Below are positions 9,323 through 19,566 of a DNA stretch of 64,000 bases, piece after piece. The DNA is taken from contig OZ242311.1 in the NCBI GenBank assembly GCA_965207885.1, positions 2,624,001 through 2,688,000 on the forward strand, in the 5' to 3' direction. This DNA comes from Candidatus Latescibacterota bacterium (GTDB lineage Bacteria > Latescibacterota > UBA2968). The translations under genes were made by a program, and so were the position numbers. Within the stretch, counting starts at the first letter, position 1; each line of letters opens with the position of its first letter. Under the pieces are notes generated by a model that worked only from the letters and a program-made list of their open reading frames with translations, did no database searches and was not told the origin of the DNA.

Positions 9323-10086
9323 ATCTGTTCACCGCCATAAAGATAAGAGCCCCGATGAAAATTTCCATACAATTCCTGAATCTGATATCCACACAATTCT
9401 AATAGATACTGCATTTCGTTCTTATAGATGTGTCGTGTCTTATCGACATTATGAATCCTTGAAATTGTCTCGCCAGATTTGCTAATTTCTTCATAAGTAT
9501 AATGCCATTCTGAAATTTGGGTCTCAAGATCACATTTCCGACCTCCCCAAAGAATAACACGATTTCCCGTCTCTGGATGATTCAACTCTTGTATTTTTTT
9601 TACTGTTGTACCTCCACCAGATGCGGAGACAAGCTCATCCAAACTGGGATCACCATTATGTATTATCAAAAGTCCATTATCTAAAAGATGCTCATTGATG
9701 CATAGAAGAGACTTTCTTTGGTCTTCTGGTGTTAAAATGTGGTGAAAAGCTCTGTAGGGAATCAAGATGGTGTTGAATCGGTTATTTAGCGAAAAATTAC
9801 GCATGTCGCCTGCAACAAGGTTTATACGCTCCTGAACTTCATTACTGAGCTTCGAGACATTTTCTTTCGCTAACTCAAGCATATCAGAAGATGGCTCAAG
9901 CCCAAAAATATCTAAACCGGATTCAGCTATTGGGATCAGCACTCGCCCTGTTCCACATCCGAGCTCCAAAACTGGGCTTCCCTCATTCTGGGTTTCTTGA
10001 ATATAAAATTCTATATCATCTTTCGTTTTCAGTGCGTCTTCTCGAGCATCATAAAGTTTAGCTCTGATACCTTGATAACTTTCCAT
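9301..10086 (-). CDS. Class I SAM-dependent methyltransferase
   Basis: VLELGCGTGRV, GDMRNF; RBS ggagg. Confidence 0.9.
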   Translation of the reverse strand: MESYQGIRAKLYDAREDALKTKDDIEFYIQETQNEGSPVLELGCGTGRVLIPIAESGLDIFGLEPSSDMLELAKENVSKLSNEVQERINLVAGDMRNFSLNNRFNTILIPYRAFHHILTPEDQRKSLLCINEHLLDNGLLIIHNGDPSLDELVSASGGGTTVKKIQELNHPETGNRVILWGGRKCDLETQISEWHYTYEEISKSGETISRIHNVDKTRHIYKNEMQYLLELCGYQIQELYGNFHRGSYLYGGEQIWLARKK

Positions 10087-10158
10087 AAATCCTCCATAAA
10101 ATCACACATTAAGAAAATTGTATAAGATTGAAAATAAAAACTTTACAAGAAATATTGC

Positions 10159-10187
10159 TTGATGATAAATTGAAAACCAACTATATT
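10159..10187 (+). promoter_or_regulatory. Putative sigma70 promoter in the AT-rich divergent region
   Basis: TTGATG-N17-TATATT upstream of 10286. Confidence 0.35.
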
Positions 10188-10285
10188 CTCTTACATCTCA
10201 TTAGAGATAAACTGCTAACGTTTTGTTTCATGCATTGGCTTAAGAGTCCTCAGCTATTTTAAACCGCTCAAATTGAGGGGGAATC

Positions 10286-11896
10286 ATGTTGCGAGTCAGC
10301 GATCCCGACCTGATCGCCCACTGGCCGTTCCGGGAAGACCTGAAAGACCATTCCGAAAGCGGCCTGTCCATCCAAAATCACGGGGTTGAAATCGGGGAAT
10401 CAGGTGGACGAAGAAGCGCCCAATTCAACGGGGCGGAAACCTTTCTGGAAGTTCCCTGCGACCTGTCTATAGGGACAGGCGATTTTTCATGCGCTGGATG
10501 GATCTACACGGAAGAAACCGAAGTGGTCGGCGATATTCTCAGCCAATTCGATCCGGAAACCCGCAAGGGATGGCAGGTCTCGGTCCTCACCAATACCGGA
10601 ATGACTTCTACCGCCCAATCGAATTACCGCAACCTCCACTTTGGCATCGACAACGGGCATCTCGGACCCTGGACCGATTGTGGGCGTCCCGGTCAGGCAG
10701 TCAAAATATCTGCACTTTCAACATTAGGTGGACACCTGTACGCCGGCACCTTCGAGAATGGCGAAGAAGAGGTCGGCCACCTGTGGCGGTACGAAGGGGA
10801 AAAACGCTGGACCGACCTGGGCAATCCAGTCGGATGCAACTCTGTCAACGCCGTCGTAGAATTTCAAGGCGCGCTCTACTGCGCTCTCGGCCGGTATAAT
10901 AGCATCGGCTCCGCCCTGGGCGATCCCCTGAACACCACACCCGGCGGCCAGGTCTATCGGGTCGATGCCGATGGTCAATGGATCTTCTGCGGACATCCAG
11001 GCATCGAAGACGCCACACCCGAAGAAACACCCACCACGGGGCACAACACGGGCAAAGCCGACAACGCCACCGCCCTCACAGTGTATCAGGGTCGGCTCTA
11101 CGCCACCAGCCTCTATCGCGAGGGGGCCTTTGTCTATGATGGGGGCACCACCTGGACGCCCATAGGTCCAGACGTGCGGCTGATGAGTTTCACCGTCTAT
11201 CGGGATAGGCTCTATACCCTCGTCAACGGCGGCCCGGTTCTTCGCTACGAAGGCAACGCCGAATGGACTGACTGCGGCTGCCCCGAAACCTCCACCCAGA
11301 CCTACTCGGCGGTCACTTTCAAGGGCCAGCTCTATGTCGGCACCTGGCCTCAGGGGGAAGTCTATCGATATGACGGCAACAAGACCTGGACCTGTCTGGG
11401 GCGGGCCGGATACGAACGTGAAATCATGGCGATGGGACTTTACAATGGCAAAGTCTATATCGGCTCGCTCCCAATGGCCAATGTCTGGCGGATGGACGGC
11501 AATCGGTTTACATTTCTGGCGTCTCTGGACAGCACGTCCGCGTCCTTGCGGCGGGTCTGGTCCATGGCCGTTTATCAGGGCCGCCTCTATGCTGGCACTC
11601 TGCCGTCCGGACATGTCTATTCGGTCGAAGCCGGAAAAGTCGCCACCTGGGACCACACATTTCCCGAAGGATGGCGACACGTAGCCGCTGTCAAGCAAGG
11701 CGGCATTCTGACTCTGTACGTCGATGGAACTCCTGTCGCTACAACAGACAGCTTCAATCCAGAACGTTACGACCTCAATCCCAACTGCCCTCTCTTAATC
11801 GGCTTTGGCACCCACGACTATTTCAAAGGCGCCCTGCGAGATATCCGTATCTATCGCAGGGGCCTCACACAACGGGAAATTCAGCGCCTTCAGTGA
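10286..11896 (+). CDS. LamG/concanavalin-like domain protein with an inserted beta-propeller
   Basis: LIAHWPF at the N-terminus; WRHVAAV....LYVDG...F.GALRDIRIYRRGL at the C-terminus; repeated (F/Y)xGxLYxG blades between. Confidence 0.75.
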   Translation: MLRVSDPDLIAHWPFREDLKDHSESGLSIQNHGVEIGESGGRRSAQFNGAETFLEVPCDLSIGTGDFSCAGWIYTEETEVVGDILSQFDPETRKGWQVSVLTNTGMTSTAQSNYRNLHFGIDNGHLGPWTDCGRPGQAVKISALSTLGGHLYAGTFENGEEEVGHLWRYEGEKRWTDLGNPVGCNSVNAVVEFQGALYCALGRYNSIGSALGDPLNTTPGGQVYRVDADGQWIFCGHPGIEDATPEETPTTGHNTGKADNATALTVYQGRLYATSLYREGAFVYDGGTTWTPIGPDVRLMSFTVYRDRLYTLVNGGPVLRYEGNAEWTDCGCPETSTQTYSAVTFKGQLYVGTWPQGEVYRYDGNKTWTCLGRAGYEREIMAMGLYNGKVYIGSLPMANVWRMDGNRFTFLASLDSTSASLRRVWSMAVYQGRLYAGTLPSGHVYSVEAGKVATWDHTFPEGWRHVAAVKQGGILTLYVDGTPVATTDSFNPERYDLNPNCPLLIGFGTHDYFKGALRDIRIYRRGLTQREIQRLQ

Positions 11897-12894
11897 CGGC
11901 TCTTCAGCCACCAGCGCATGGTATTACTGACCATATCCGCTGCGTCTCGTTGAACCCAATGGCCGCTGCTGGGGATGGTGACGAGTGTGTAGTCTTTGTC
12001 GATCCAATTCCACGTGTCGCGTAACCCGTCTTTGTCAACAGCCTTGTCTTTCAACCCGTGGAATTGCAATACGGGCATGGTGAGATTGGGCATCTCCACG
12101 CTCTGGCCAGCCCCCGCAGTTAGACCGCTATAGGCCGCCCGGTAGTAGTCGAGCATGCCCTTGACCGAGGATTGGGAGAACGCATTGATGTAGCGCTGCC
12201 GCACTTCGTCTGAGGCATTACCCACCGAAATACGTGTAAGCACTTCGGGCGAAAACCGATTTTCGTATCCAGGCGTTTGAAAGTCGGTAATGTATTGCGT
12301 GTTCCTCTTTTGCTCTGCCGTCGCGTTACGCAGCACGGTGCCGTAGCCCTTCGGGTGAGTCAGATTGCAGATCACCAGCTTGTTGACGAGTTGCGGATAG
12401 TACATGGCGAACCGCCACGAAATGGCGCCACCCCAATCGTGACCAACGAGGGTGACCGAATCGACCTCCAGGTCCTTGATCACAGCTTCGACATCCGACA
12501 TGAGATGGGACATGGTGTAGTGTTCCACGCCTTCGGGCTTGCCGCTCTTGTTGTAGGCGCGTGTGTCCATAGCGACGGTCTTATAGTTGTCGGAAAGAGC
12601 GGCCATCTGTTCGCGCCAGGTATACCAAAAATCGGGAAAGCCATGGACAAAGAGAATAACGGGGCCTTCGCCCAGGGTGACGTAGTGGAGTGCCACCCCG
12701 TCGTTATCCGTCTCATGGTGCTCGACGCGGTCGAATACATCTGCCTTGACGTTAGCTATCGGGGATTTGACGGCATCCTTTAGGCGTTCCTGCTGCGCCT
12801 GTCCTTGGGCGAAGAAAATGCAGGAGCAAATGACCACCAGTATTGAGGGTGTCATGCGTTGTTTGGTTCGTTGTGACGGTTTCATGGTGTTCAT
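11890..12894 (-). CDS. Alpha/beta hydrolase, epoxide hydrolase-like, with signal peptide
   Basis: HGFPDFWYTWR, GHDWGG, GHWVQ. Confidence 0.9.
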   Translation of the reverse strand: MNTMKPSQRTKQRMTPSILVVICSCIFFAQGQAQQERLKDAVKSPIANVKADVFDRVEHHETDNDGVALHYVTLGEGPVILFVHGFPDFWYTWREQMAALSDNYKTVAMDTRAYNKSGKPEGVEHYTMSHLMSDVEAVIKDLEVDSVTLVGHDWGGAISWRFAMYYPQLVNKLVICNLTHPKGYGTVLRNATAEQKRNTQYITDFQTPGYENRFSPEVLTRISVGNASDEVRQRYINAFSQSSVKGMLDYYRAAYSGLTAGAGQSVEMPNLTMPVLQFHGLKDKAVDKDGLRDTWNWIDKDYTLVTIPSSGHWVQRDAADMVSNTMRWWLKSRH

Positions 12895-12914
12895 CTTTCC
12901 AATGGTTTGGGGGA

Positions 12915-14117
12915 TCAGGCTTTTGATGTTTGTTGGGCTTCACACGCTTGTTTCCAGATATGGTGTTCTGCCATCATCTTTTCAACTTTTTTAGGGGCGG
13001 TGGCACGCAGATCGCGTTGTTCGTCGGGATCGGTGCTCAGATCGAACAGACCGTCTGGTTTGCCGTCTGTGGCGTGGAGTTTTAGATTGCCCTCACGGAC
13101 TGCGTCCTCTGTCCTATACGTCCAGTGCAGGGTGCGGTCCAGAGGTTGCTCTTTGCCTTCGAAAAGAGGCCACGCGTTTTGGGCGTCAATGACACGGTCG
13201 TCGGGCACGGTTGCACCGGCGAGAGCGGCGAATGTCGCGTAGAGATCATAGTGTACCCAGGGCGTGTTGATTTTTGTATTTGGAGCAATTTTTCCCGGCC
13301 AGACCGCGTTGCAGATGACCCTGAGTGAACGCTCCCATAGGGTTCGACCATAACCATTGGTCCGGCTGCCTCCCTGGTCGCTTAAGAAGACGATAAGTGT
13401 GTTTTCCGCAATACCGGCATGGTGTACTGCATCCAGTACGCGTCCCACGCACAGGTCCAGGTATTCGACCATATATTGATAATTTACCAGTGGATCATCG
13501 CTGTGATAGTATCCGGGTGGGGCCTGGTAGGGGCCGTGTGGGGCATAAAAGGCGAGATTCAGGTAGAAGGGATCGGGCTTTTGGGATTGGCGGTTGATAA
13601 ATTTGATGGCTTCATCCGTAAACAGGGTATCGAAGTAACCCTCGTCCGCTATGGGTTCCAGGCCGCGAAAAAAGTGGCTTTTCATGTCGCGGTTGTAAAG
13701 GTGGGTGTAGTAGTCGGCATGGCCTGCGTTGCTCCCGTAAAATTCATGAAAGCCGTGGTGTAGCGGGTTGAATGTTGGAGCATATCCCAGGTTCCATTTT
13801 CCAAACAGCCCTGTTGTGTATCCGGCATTTCGCAAAAGTCTGGCTATAGAGACTTCCTCGAGCGAGAGGCCGGATTCCGGATCATCTGGGCGTGTCTGTG
13901 AGTTGATGCCAACCCGATACGGATGTCTGCCGGTGTTCCAGGCACAACGCGCGGGTGAACACAGCGGGGTTGCGATCAGGCAGTTGTCGAAGACAACACC
14001 CTCGCTCGCCATCGCGTTCAGTCTGGGAGTTTCGAATATCCCTTCGCCATAATAATCGACTGCTTCGCAACCGAGGTTGTCGGCGACCATGAAGATGATA
14101 TTGGGATTGTTTTCCAT
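12915..14117 (-). CDS. Sulfatase
   Basis: PNIIFMVADNLG, CSPAR, GKWNLG; start at MENNPN. Confidence 0.9.
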   Translation of the reverse strand: MENNPNIIFMVADNLGCEAVDYYGEGIFETPRLNAMASEGVVFDNCLIATPLCSPARCAWNTGRHPYRVGINSQTRPDDPESGLSLEEVSIARLLRNAGYTTGLFGKWNLGYAPTFNPLHHGFHEFYGSNAGHADYYTHLYNRDMKSHFFRGLEPIADEGYFDTLFTDEAIKFINRQSQKPDPFYLNLAFYAPHGPYQAPPGYYHSDDPLVNYQYMVEYLDLCVGRVLDAVHHAGIAENTLIVFLSDQGGSRTNGYGRTLWERSLRVICNAVWPGKIAPNTKINTPWVHYDLYATFAALAGATVPDDRVIDAQNAWPLFEGKEQPLDRTLHWTYRTEDAVREGNLKLHATDGKPDGLFDLSTDPDEQRDLRATAPKKVEKMMAEHHIWKQACEAQQTSKA

Positions 14118-14178
14118 AGTAATTTCTCTTAATAAGTTGAAAAATATAAACTTAGGATTTCTTGAGTCAGGGGCAATA

Positions 14179-15600
14179 TCAGTTCTGAGGATCGGGATGG
14201 CTCGCATAGGCCAGTTCGCGCAGTACATCGACCGCGAGGAGGACATCCTCTCTTCGACAGTCGAACTGCCCGACCTGGAAGCGAATGACGAACTGTCCTT
14301 CATGGATCGTCTGCGTCAGGTAGATTCGGCCGTCATCATTGACCGCGCGGAGCAGGCGTTCGGTGGCGTCATTTGCGTTCTCGCCGTCGGGGGCGTACTG
14401 GAACGTGAAGAGCGAAAGGTGGCAGTCCGTTATCAGGCGAAAGCCGTCCAGCGATGCGATCGCGGCGGCGGCCTCCTCAGCCCAGGCAATATGGTTCCGG
14501 ATGCGCTGTCGGAGGTCTTTGAGACCGTGGGCACGGAGCAGGAACCAGAGCTTTAAGGCTCGGAATCGACGCCCCAGGGGGATCGTCCACTCGCTGTAAT
14601 TGGTGATCTCGGTTTGGCCGAGGGTCTGGAGGTAATCCGGACGGATGCCGAGGGTGCGAACCTGTGGTTTCGGGTCCGCGAGAAACTGGATTGAGCAGTC
14701 GAACTGCGCACCGAGCCACTTGTGGGGGTTGAAGGCGATGCTGTCGGCTTCCTCGACGCCCTCCCACAACTCCCGTAGCTCAGGACAGATCATCGCGGAA
14801 CCGGCCCACGCGGCGTCGATGTGGACGTAGAGATCGTGCTCTCGTGCCACTTCGATGGTCTGGCGCACATGGTCGGTCGCACCAATTGATGTGCCTCCAA
14901 CACAGAGGACGACACCGGCCGGAAGGAAACCCGCGGCGCGATCGGCGTTGATTGCCCGACGGAGCGCCTCCGGGTCGAGCGCCCAGGAACCATCGGTCGG
15001 GACTTTGACCAGATTCCGTTGGCCGATACCGGCGATGCGAATCGCCTTGTCAACTGACGAGTGGGTCTCCGGTGATGCGTAGATCCGGAGTTGTTTCTCT
15101 CCCGCTATTCCGGAATCGATCCCGCGCCAGCCGAGTGTGTGCTCGCGCATCGTCAGTACGGCGCAGACATTTGCCGACGTTGCCGTATCCTGGATAACGC
15201 CCTGGAACCCTTCTGGTAGCCCGAGTGCCTGGCGCATCCAGTCAACCATTCGAGTCTCAATTTCCGTAGCTGCAGGTGAGGTCTGCCAGAGCATGCACTG
15301 GGCCGCCATGATCGCCGTCAAATTTTCGGCGATCATCGAAACCGGCGCAGCGTTGGCGCTGAAGTACGCAAAAAAACGCCGGTGTTGCCAGTGCGTCATG
15401 CCGTCGGGTACGATGCGCTCAAAGTCGGCGAAGATCGTCTCCATGCTTACCGGCTCTTCCGGTGGCGATAGAGGCAGCATCGCAGCGATCTCGCCCGGTG
15501 CGGTCTGCGCCCGAACGGGTCGGTCTTCGAGCGTGGTCAGGTATTCGGCACCCCACCGTGCAACTCGTTCAGCCCATTGATAGTAATCTTTTCGTTTCAA
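14179..15600 (-). CDS. PLP-dependent aromatic-L-amino-acid decarboxylase (group II)
   Basis: THWQH..FFAYF, WQTSPAATE, HIDAAWAG, NPHKW, GRRFRALKLWF. Confidence 0.92.
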   Translation of the reverse strand: MKRKDYYQWAERVARWGAEYLTTLEDRPVRAQTAPGEIAAMLPLSPPEEPVSMETIFADFERIVPDGMTHWQHRRFFAYFSANAAPVSMIAENLTAIMAAQCMLWQTSPAATEIETRMVDWMRQALGLPEGFQGVIQDTATSANVCAVLTMREHTLGWRGIDSGIAGEKQLRIYASPETHSSVDKAIRIAGIGQRNLVKVPTDGSWALDPEALRRAINADRAAGFLPAGVVLCVGGTSIGATDHVRQTIEVAREHDLYVHIDAAWAGSAMICPELRELWEGVEEADSIAFNPHKWLGAQFDCSIQFLADPKPQVRTLGIRPDYLQTLGQTEITNYSEWTIPLGRRFRALKLWFLLRAHGLKDLRQRIRNHIAWAEEAAAAIASLDGFRLITDCHLSLFTFQYAPDGENANDATERLLRAVNDDGRIYLTQTIHEGQFVIRFQVGQFDCRREDVLLAVDVLRELAYASHPDPQN

Positions 15601-15634
15601 TGCATTACATCCAGGTTTTTAGAAATCCAGTTCT

Positions 15635-16612
15635 TCAAAGGTAATCGCTGACGTCCATTTCCGGGTACGCGTTTTTTATCAGTTCGACGGAGGTGGGCGT
15701 GTACATTGCGTCACCGGGTTTCGGCCAGCCGAAGAGACTGCGAACCCTCGATGTCGTTTTGCCCAAAAAGGGTTTCAAGCGCCGAATCACTTCAGCTTCC
15801 CTTTTTCCGGTCGATGTCCATGGCATGGTGTCTCTGCGTCCTATTGAAAAGAAGATGACGGCACGCTGTCTGTCCTTGTCTGCAAAAGGTTGTGCTGCGT
15901 GTGGCGTGTGTCCACTGTAGAAGAGAACGCTGCCAGCTTTCCCAGTGATTGAGACGGGTTCCTGCGCGTGAAGAATTTTGCGGATATCGGCAAAGCGGTA
16001 GGAGTGGGGCACCTTGCGGATGTCGCCAAAGCCCAGGCCGTCGTCTTCAATCACGCGCAAGATATCGCCCATTTTGTCGTGTACTCTTGGGACCAACCGA
16101 ACAGGCGCGCAATCTTCATCAATATCGTCCAGAAAGACCCAGGCCTGAATATGGCCATACCGCTGCCAATCCGGGTGAGGGGGAATAAAGGGTTTGGCCC
16201 AATCCAGGTGAAATTCGATTTCCGGCTTCGTTGGGGCCTTTCTATCTATTCTACCGTTTCGAATATAGACGTAACCATGGTGATAGTGTATATCAGGCGT
16301 ATCCAGAAGCTGTTCCATGGCGTCCAGGAAAGGGTCGTGTTCCAGGACCTGGTCTATGACCTCTACCCCTGTTGGAATGTCACAGAACTCCGATCTGGGG
16401 CCGCCCATCCCGAGACCTGCTCCGGGCAGGCGTAGCTCATTCTCAAGGTCGGGATTGGCTTTCAATTCGGCAATGAACTCGGAAAAAGACTTTCCATAAG
16501 CGTTTTGTTCCGTGGCCTCAAGCGTCTCTGACAATTGGCTGGCCGAGAACAGATCAGGGACTAAGAGGTAGCCTTCTTGTTGATAAGACTCATACTGTTG
16601 TGGTGTCAACAT
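15635..16612 (-). CDS. PhyH-family Fe(II)/2OG dioxygenase
   Basis: MLTPQQ..Y..EGY, HLD...H triad, G.AGSVLF. Confidence 0.82.
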   Translation of the reverse strand: MLTPQQYESYQQEGYLLVPDLFSASQLSETLEATEQNAYGKSFSEFIAELKANPDLENELRLPGAGLGMGGPRSEFCDIPTGVEVIDQVLEHDPFLDAMEQLLDTPDIHYHHGYVYIRNGRIDRKAPTKPEIEFHLDWAKPFIPPHPDWQRYGHIQAWVFLDDIDEDCAPVRLVPRVHDKMGDILRVIEDDGLGFGDIRKVPHSYRFADIRKILHAQEPVSITGKAGSVLFYSGHTPHAAQPFADKDRQRAVIFFSIGRRDTMPWTSTGKREAEVIRRLKPFLGKTTSRVRSLFGWPKPGDAMYTPTSVELIKNAYPEMDVSDYL

Positions 16613-16636
16613 TTTCGATCTCCTTTCATAAATCGC

Positions 16637-18205
16637 CTAAATTTCATCGTCATCCAGAGCGCGCTGTCCTTCAAAAGGTCCCCATTGAATACGCGCTCTG
16701 GTTTTTCTATCGCTCTTGTAAATCTCTGGATCATAATCCGGGTTTTCCTTGGGGAATCGCGCCTCGACCAGTTCGAGATAGCGCATCATCTCATCGTAGA
16801 GTTTCTGGTGTGTTTCCGGATTTTGCTTTGCAATATTGGTGACCTCGCCAATGTCGCCAGAAAGGTCGAACAACATTGGAATATCTGGTCGTTCGTAAAA
16901 ATGGATCACTTTGGACGAACCAGAAATAATGACCGAATGTGGCATAGAATTCCGATAATGAGGATAATGAAAATAGAGATAGCGATTTAGAAAGGCCTCG
17001 TCCGGTTCTTTTCCTGCCATGTAATCGGCGAGGCTGACACCGTCGATGTTCTGCAGTTTTTTCGAGCCGCCACCAGCCCAATCAACGAAGGTGGGTAAGA
17101 AGTCATAGTTGATCACATTGCCGGTAAAAGCTGAGCCAGATTTGACTCTCGGACCCTTGACAATCATAGGCACCCGGATGCCTCCATCCCACAACCACCA
17201 CTTTGTCGCGTGTAATGGTTGCTTGTAGTCAGGTATGATTTCGACTTCTTCGTGTCGGTAGCCGTTGTCACCCACTACGATGACATAGGTGTTATCCTCA
17301 ATCCCCAGTTCCCGGATCTTGTCGAGCACTGCGCCAATCCGACCATCCAGGTCCTCACCCATCCCCAACCAAATTGCGGGATCATCTCCCCGGTTGACTG
17401 TGTCGGGATGTTTATTGTTTTTTTTATACCAATCCTGCACCAGTGGGTGATTCATATACTTTTCACGCGTTTTATCCAGGCATTCATAACCCGCGTGCAT
17501 GGCATAATGAGATATTTGGAGGTAAAAGGGATTGCTTTTTTCTACCTGTTCTTCCATAAAGCCAATTGCCTTTTCAGTAATGCTGAACATCAATTTGGGA
17601 TCGGCCATATCTTTTGGCAGTCGCCTGGGCGTCCGCTCGCCCTTCTCCAGGCCGTACTTCAGGGTATTGCCGGGATTATTATCGGTAGCACCATCGTGTA
17701 ATACGTAGCCCGCCTTTGCTGGATCGCCTCTCATGTGCCATTTGCCAATGTGGGCGCTGGCATAACCCAGAGGTTTGAGAGCTTTGGGAATGGTGACTGC
17801 GTCTTCGTCGAGTTCTCGGTCAGACACGTTCGGAACCAGCGGGAAATGCCGATATTCCCTTTTCGTGTCGTAGTAGGGCTCTCTTGCCCCCAGATATACC
17901 GTGAAACCACTGTGTGGAGCAGACTGTCCCGTCTGTACGCACACACGAGCAGGTGCACACTGCGGCGCTCCATAGGCATTGCGAAACTTCATGCCCTCAT
18001 TTGCCAGCTTTTGAATATTGGGCATTTGCAAGACCGGCATGAGGGAATTCTCCATGGTGTCATCCATGGCAACCGGTGATCCGTTCCAGGCCCAGTCATC
18101 TATATAAAACATGACAATGTTGGGCCTCGTTTGTGCGCGTGGACTGCTTGAGGTGGGGGATCCGGAGATCATCGATAAGAAGGAGAGGTTCTTAAAAAAT
18201 TTCAT
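16637..18205 (-). CDS. Sulfatase
   Basis: [28 protein letters not shown]. Confidence 0.9.
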   Translation of the reverse strand: MKFFKNLSFLSMISGSPTSSSPRAQTRPNIVMFYIDDWAWNGSPVAMDDTMENSLMPVLQMPNIQKLANEGMKFRNAYGAPQCAPARVCVQTGQSAPHSGFTVYLGAREPYYDTKREYRHFPLVPNVSDRELDEDAVTIPKALKPLGYASAHIGKWHMRGDPAKAGYVLHDGATDNNPGNTLKYGLEKGERTPRRLPKDMADPKLMFSITEKAIGFMEEQVEKSNPFYLQISHYAMHAGYECLDKTREKYMNHPLVQDWYKKNNKHPDTVNRGDDPAIWLGMGEDLDGRIGAVLDKIRELGIEDNTYVIVVGDNGYRHEEVEIIPDYKQPLHATKWWLWDGGIRVPMIVKGPRVKSGSAFTGNVINYDFLPTFVDWAGGGSKKLQNIDGVSLADYMAGKEPDEAFLNRYLYFHYPHYRNSMPHSVIISGSSKVIHFYERPDIPMLFDLSGDIGEVTNIAKQNPETHQKLYDEMMRYLELVEARFPKENPDYDPEIYKSDRKTRARIQWGPFEGQRALDDDEI

Positions 18206-18291
18206 GATTTCTCCTGTTGGACATCAGTTGTTGCTCCTCCAAACAATTTTTCTTTGGCATTATCACAATCCTCCAATCCTCAAAATAGACA

Positions 18292-19566
18292 TCAACTCGT
18301 TTTCAATTCATCGACATTATCCCGCAATTTTTGGAATGCTTCGAGAATGAGGTCCATGTTTTCGCGCGGTCCGAGAAGAATGCGGTGCGTCAGATCAAGG
18401 GCTTCGGTTTCGTGAATGCGCTCGGCTTCGGGACAATAGACTCTGGTGTAGTCGATGGGATCAGCCTGGTACAACGGGCAGCGGATTGGACAGCCTGTTT
18501 CGCCCCATTTGCCGCTGGCAAACATGCTAAATTGATAGAGGGGCTTTGTTGGGCCAATGCCACAGGGCACGCCTTCGGCCTGGAGCGCTTTGCGGAATCG
18601 TTCGCGGTGGATGCCTTCAAATTCTTCGGAGATAAATTTGAAGTGCCAGCGATAGGGGTTCCAGCGGGTGACGCGCTCGTCAATGTCGAGGCCAGTGAGG
18701 CCGGGAATAGATTCCATTCCTTTGTGGAGGTACTTGAGATTTTCCCACCGAATTTCCGCCTGTTCTTCGAGGCGGGTGAGTGCGATCAGGCCGATGGCCG
18801 CTTCAAATTCGCCCAGTCTTAAGGTTGTGGCAGGCCAGGTGAAGTTCATACTTTCTTCGCCTCTGTCTCGGCCTGCGTGATGATACCGAAAGGCTTTTTC
18901 GTACAGGCTTTCGTCTTTGGTCATCACCACGCCGCCTTCGCCTATGGCGAGCACTTTGCCGGGCATGCAGGAGAAACCAGCAATGTCTGCGTGAGATCCC
19001 ACGCCTTTGCCTCTCCATTGCCCGCCGTGCGCATGAGAACAGTCGCTGACCAGGCCGATGTTGTGTTTGCGGCAGATGTCACTTAAAGCATCTGTATCGC
19101 AGGGCATGCCGCCCATATCTACGGCAACCACTGCCCGGGTGCGCGGCGTGATGAGGGCTTCTACGCTTTTGGGATCGATGGTGTAGTTGCGCGGGTCGAT
19201 GTCGGCAAAGATGGGAATGCCATTGCAAATCATGACGCAAGACGCAGACGCAATATAAGTTGATGCAGGGACAATGACTTCACAGCCAGCTTCGACGCCG
19301 AGGGCGCGCAAGCAGGTTTCGAGTGCTGTGGTGCCCGTGGAGACAGCAAGGGCGTATTTGCTGTCGTGAAATTCTGCAAAGGCCCGTTCGAATGCGTAGA
19401 GTTTGCTGTCGCCATGGTTGTAATAGTCAAAGCCACTGCGCCCCCATTTGTGACTGCGAAGGACGCCGACAACGGCTTTTTCTTCGCGTTCATCGTGAAC
19501 TGGCCAGGGTTGGCGCAGGTCTCTATTAACCGTTTTTGAACCACCGTTGATTGCGAGTTCAGGCAT
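18292..19566 (-). CDS. DegT/DnrJ/EryC1/StrS PLP aminotransferase
   Basis: LAINGG, GTTAL, DCSHAHG, FS...GK.L..GEGG; start at MPELAI. Confidence 0.92.
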   Translation of the reverse strand: MPELAINGGSKTVNRDLRQPWPVHDEREEKAVVGVLRSHKWGRSGFDYYNHGDSKLYAFERAFAEFHDSKYALAVSTGTTALETCLRALGVEAGCEVIVPASTYIASASCVMICNGIPIFADIDPRNYTIDPKSVEALITPRTRAVVAVDMGGMPCDTDALSDICRKHNIGLVSDCSHAHGGQWRGKGVGSHADIAGFSCMPGKVLAIGEGGVVMTKDESLYEKAFRYHHAGRDRGEESMNFTWPATTLRLGEFEAAIGLIALTRLEEQAEIRWENLKYLHKGMESIPGLTGLDIDERVTRWNPYRWHFKFISEEFEGIHRERFRKALQAEGVPCGIGPTKPLYQFSMFASGKWGETGCPIRCPLYQADPIDYTRVYCPEAERIHETEALDLTHRILLGPRENMDLILEAFQKLRDNVDELKTS

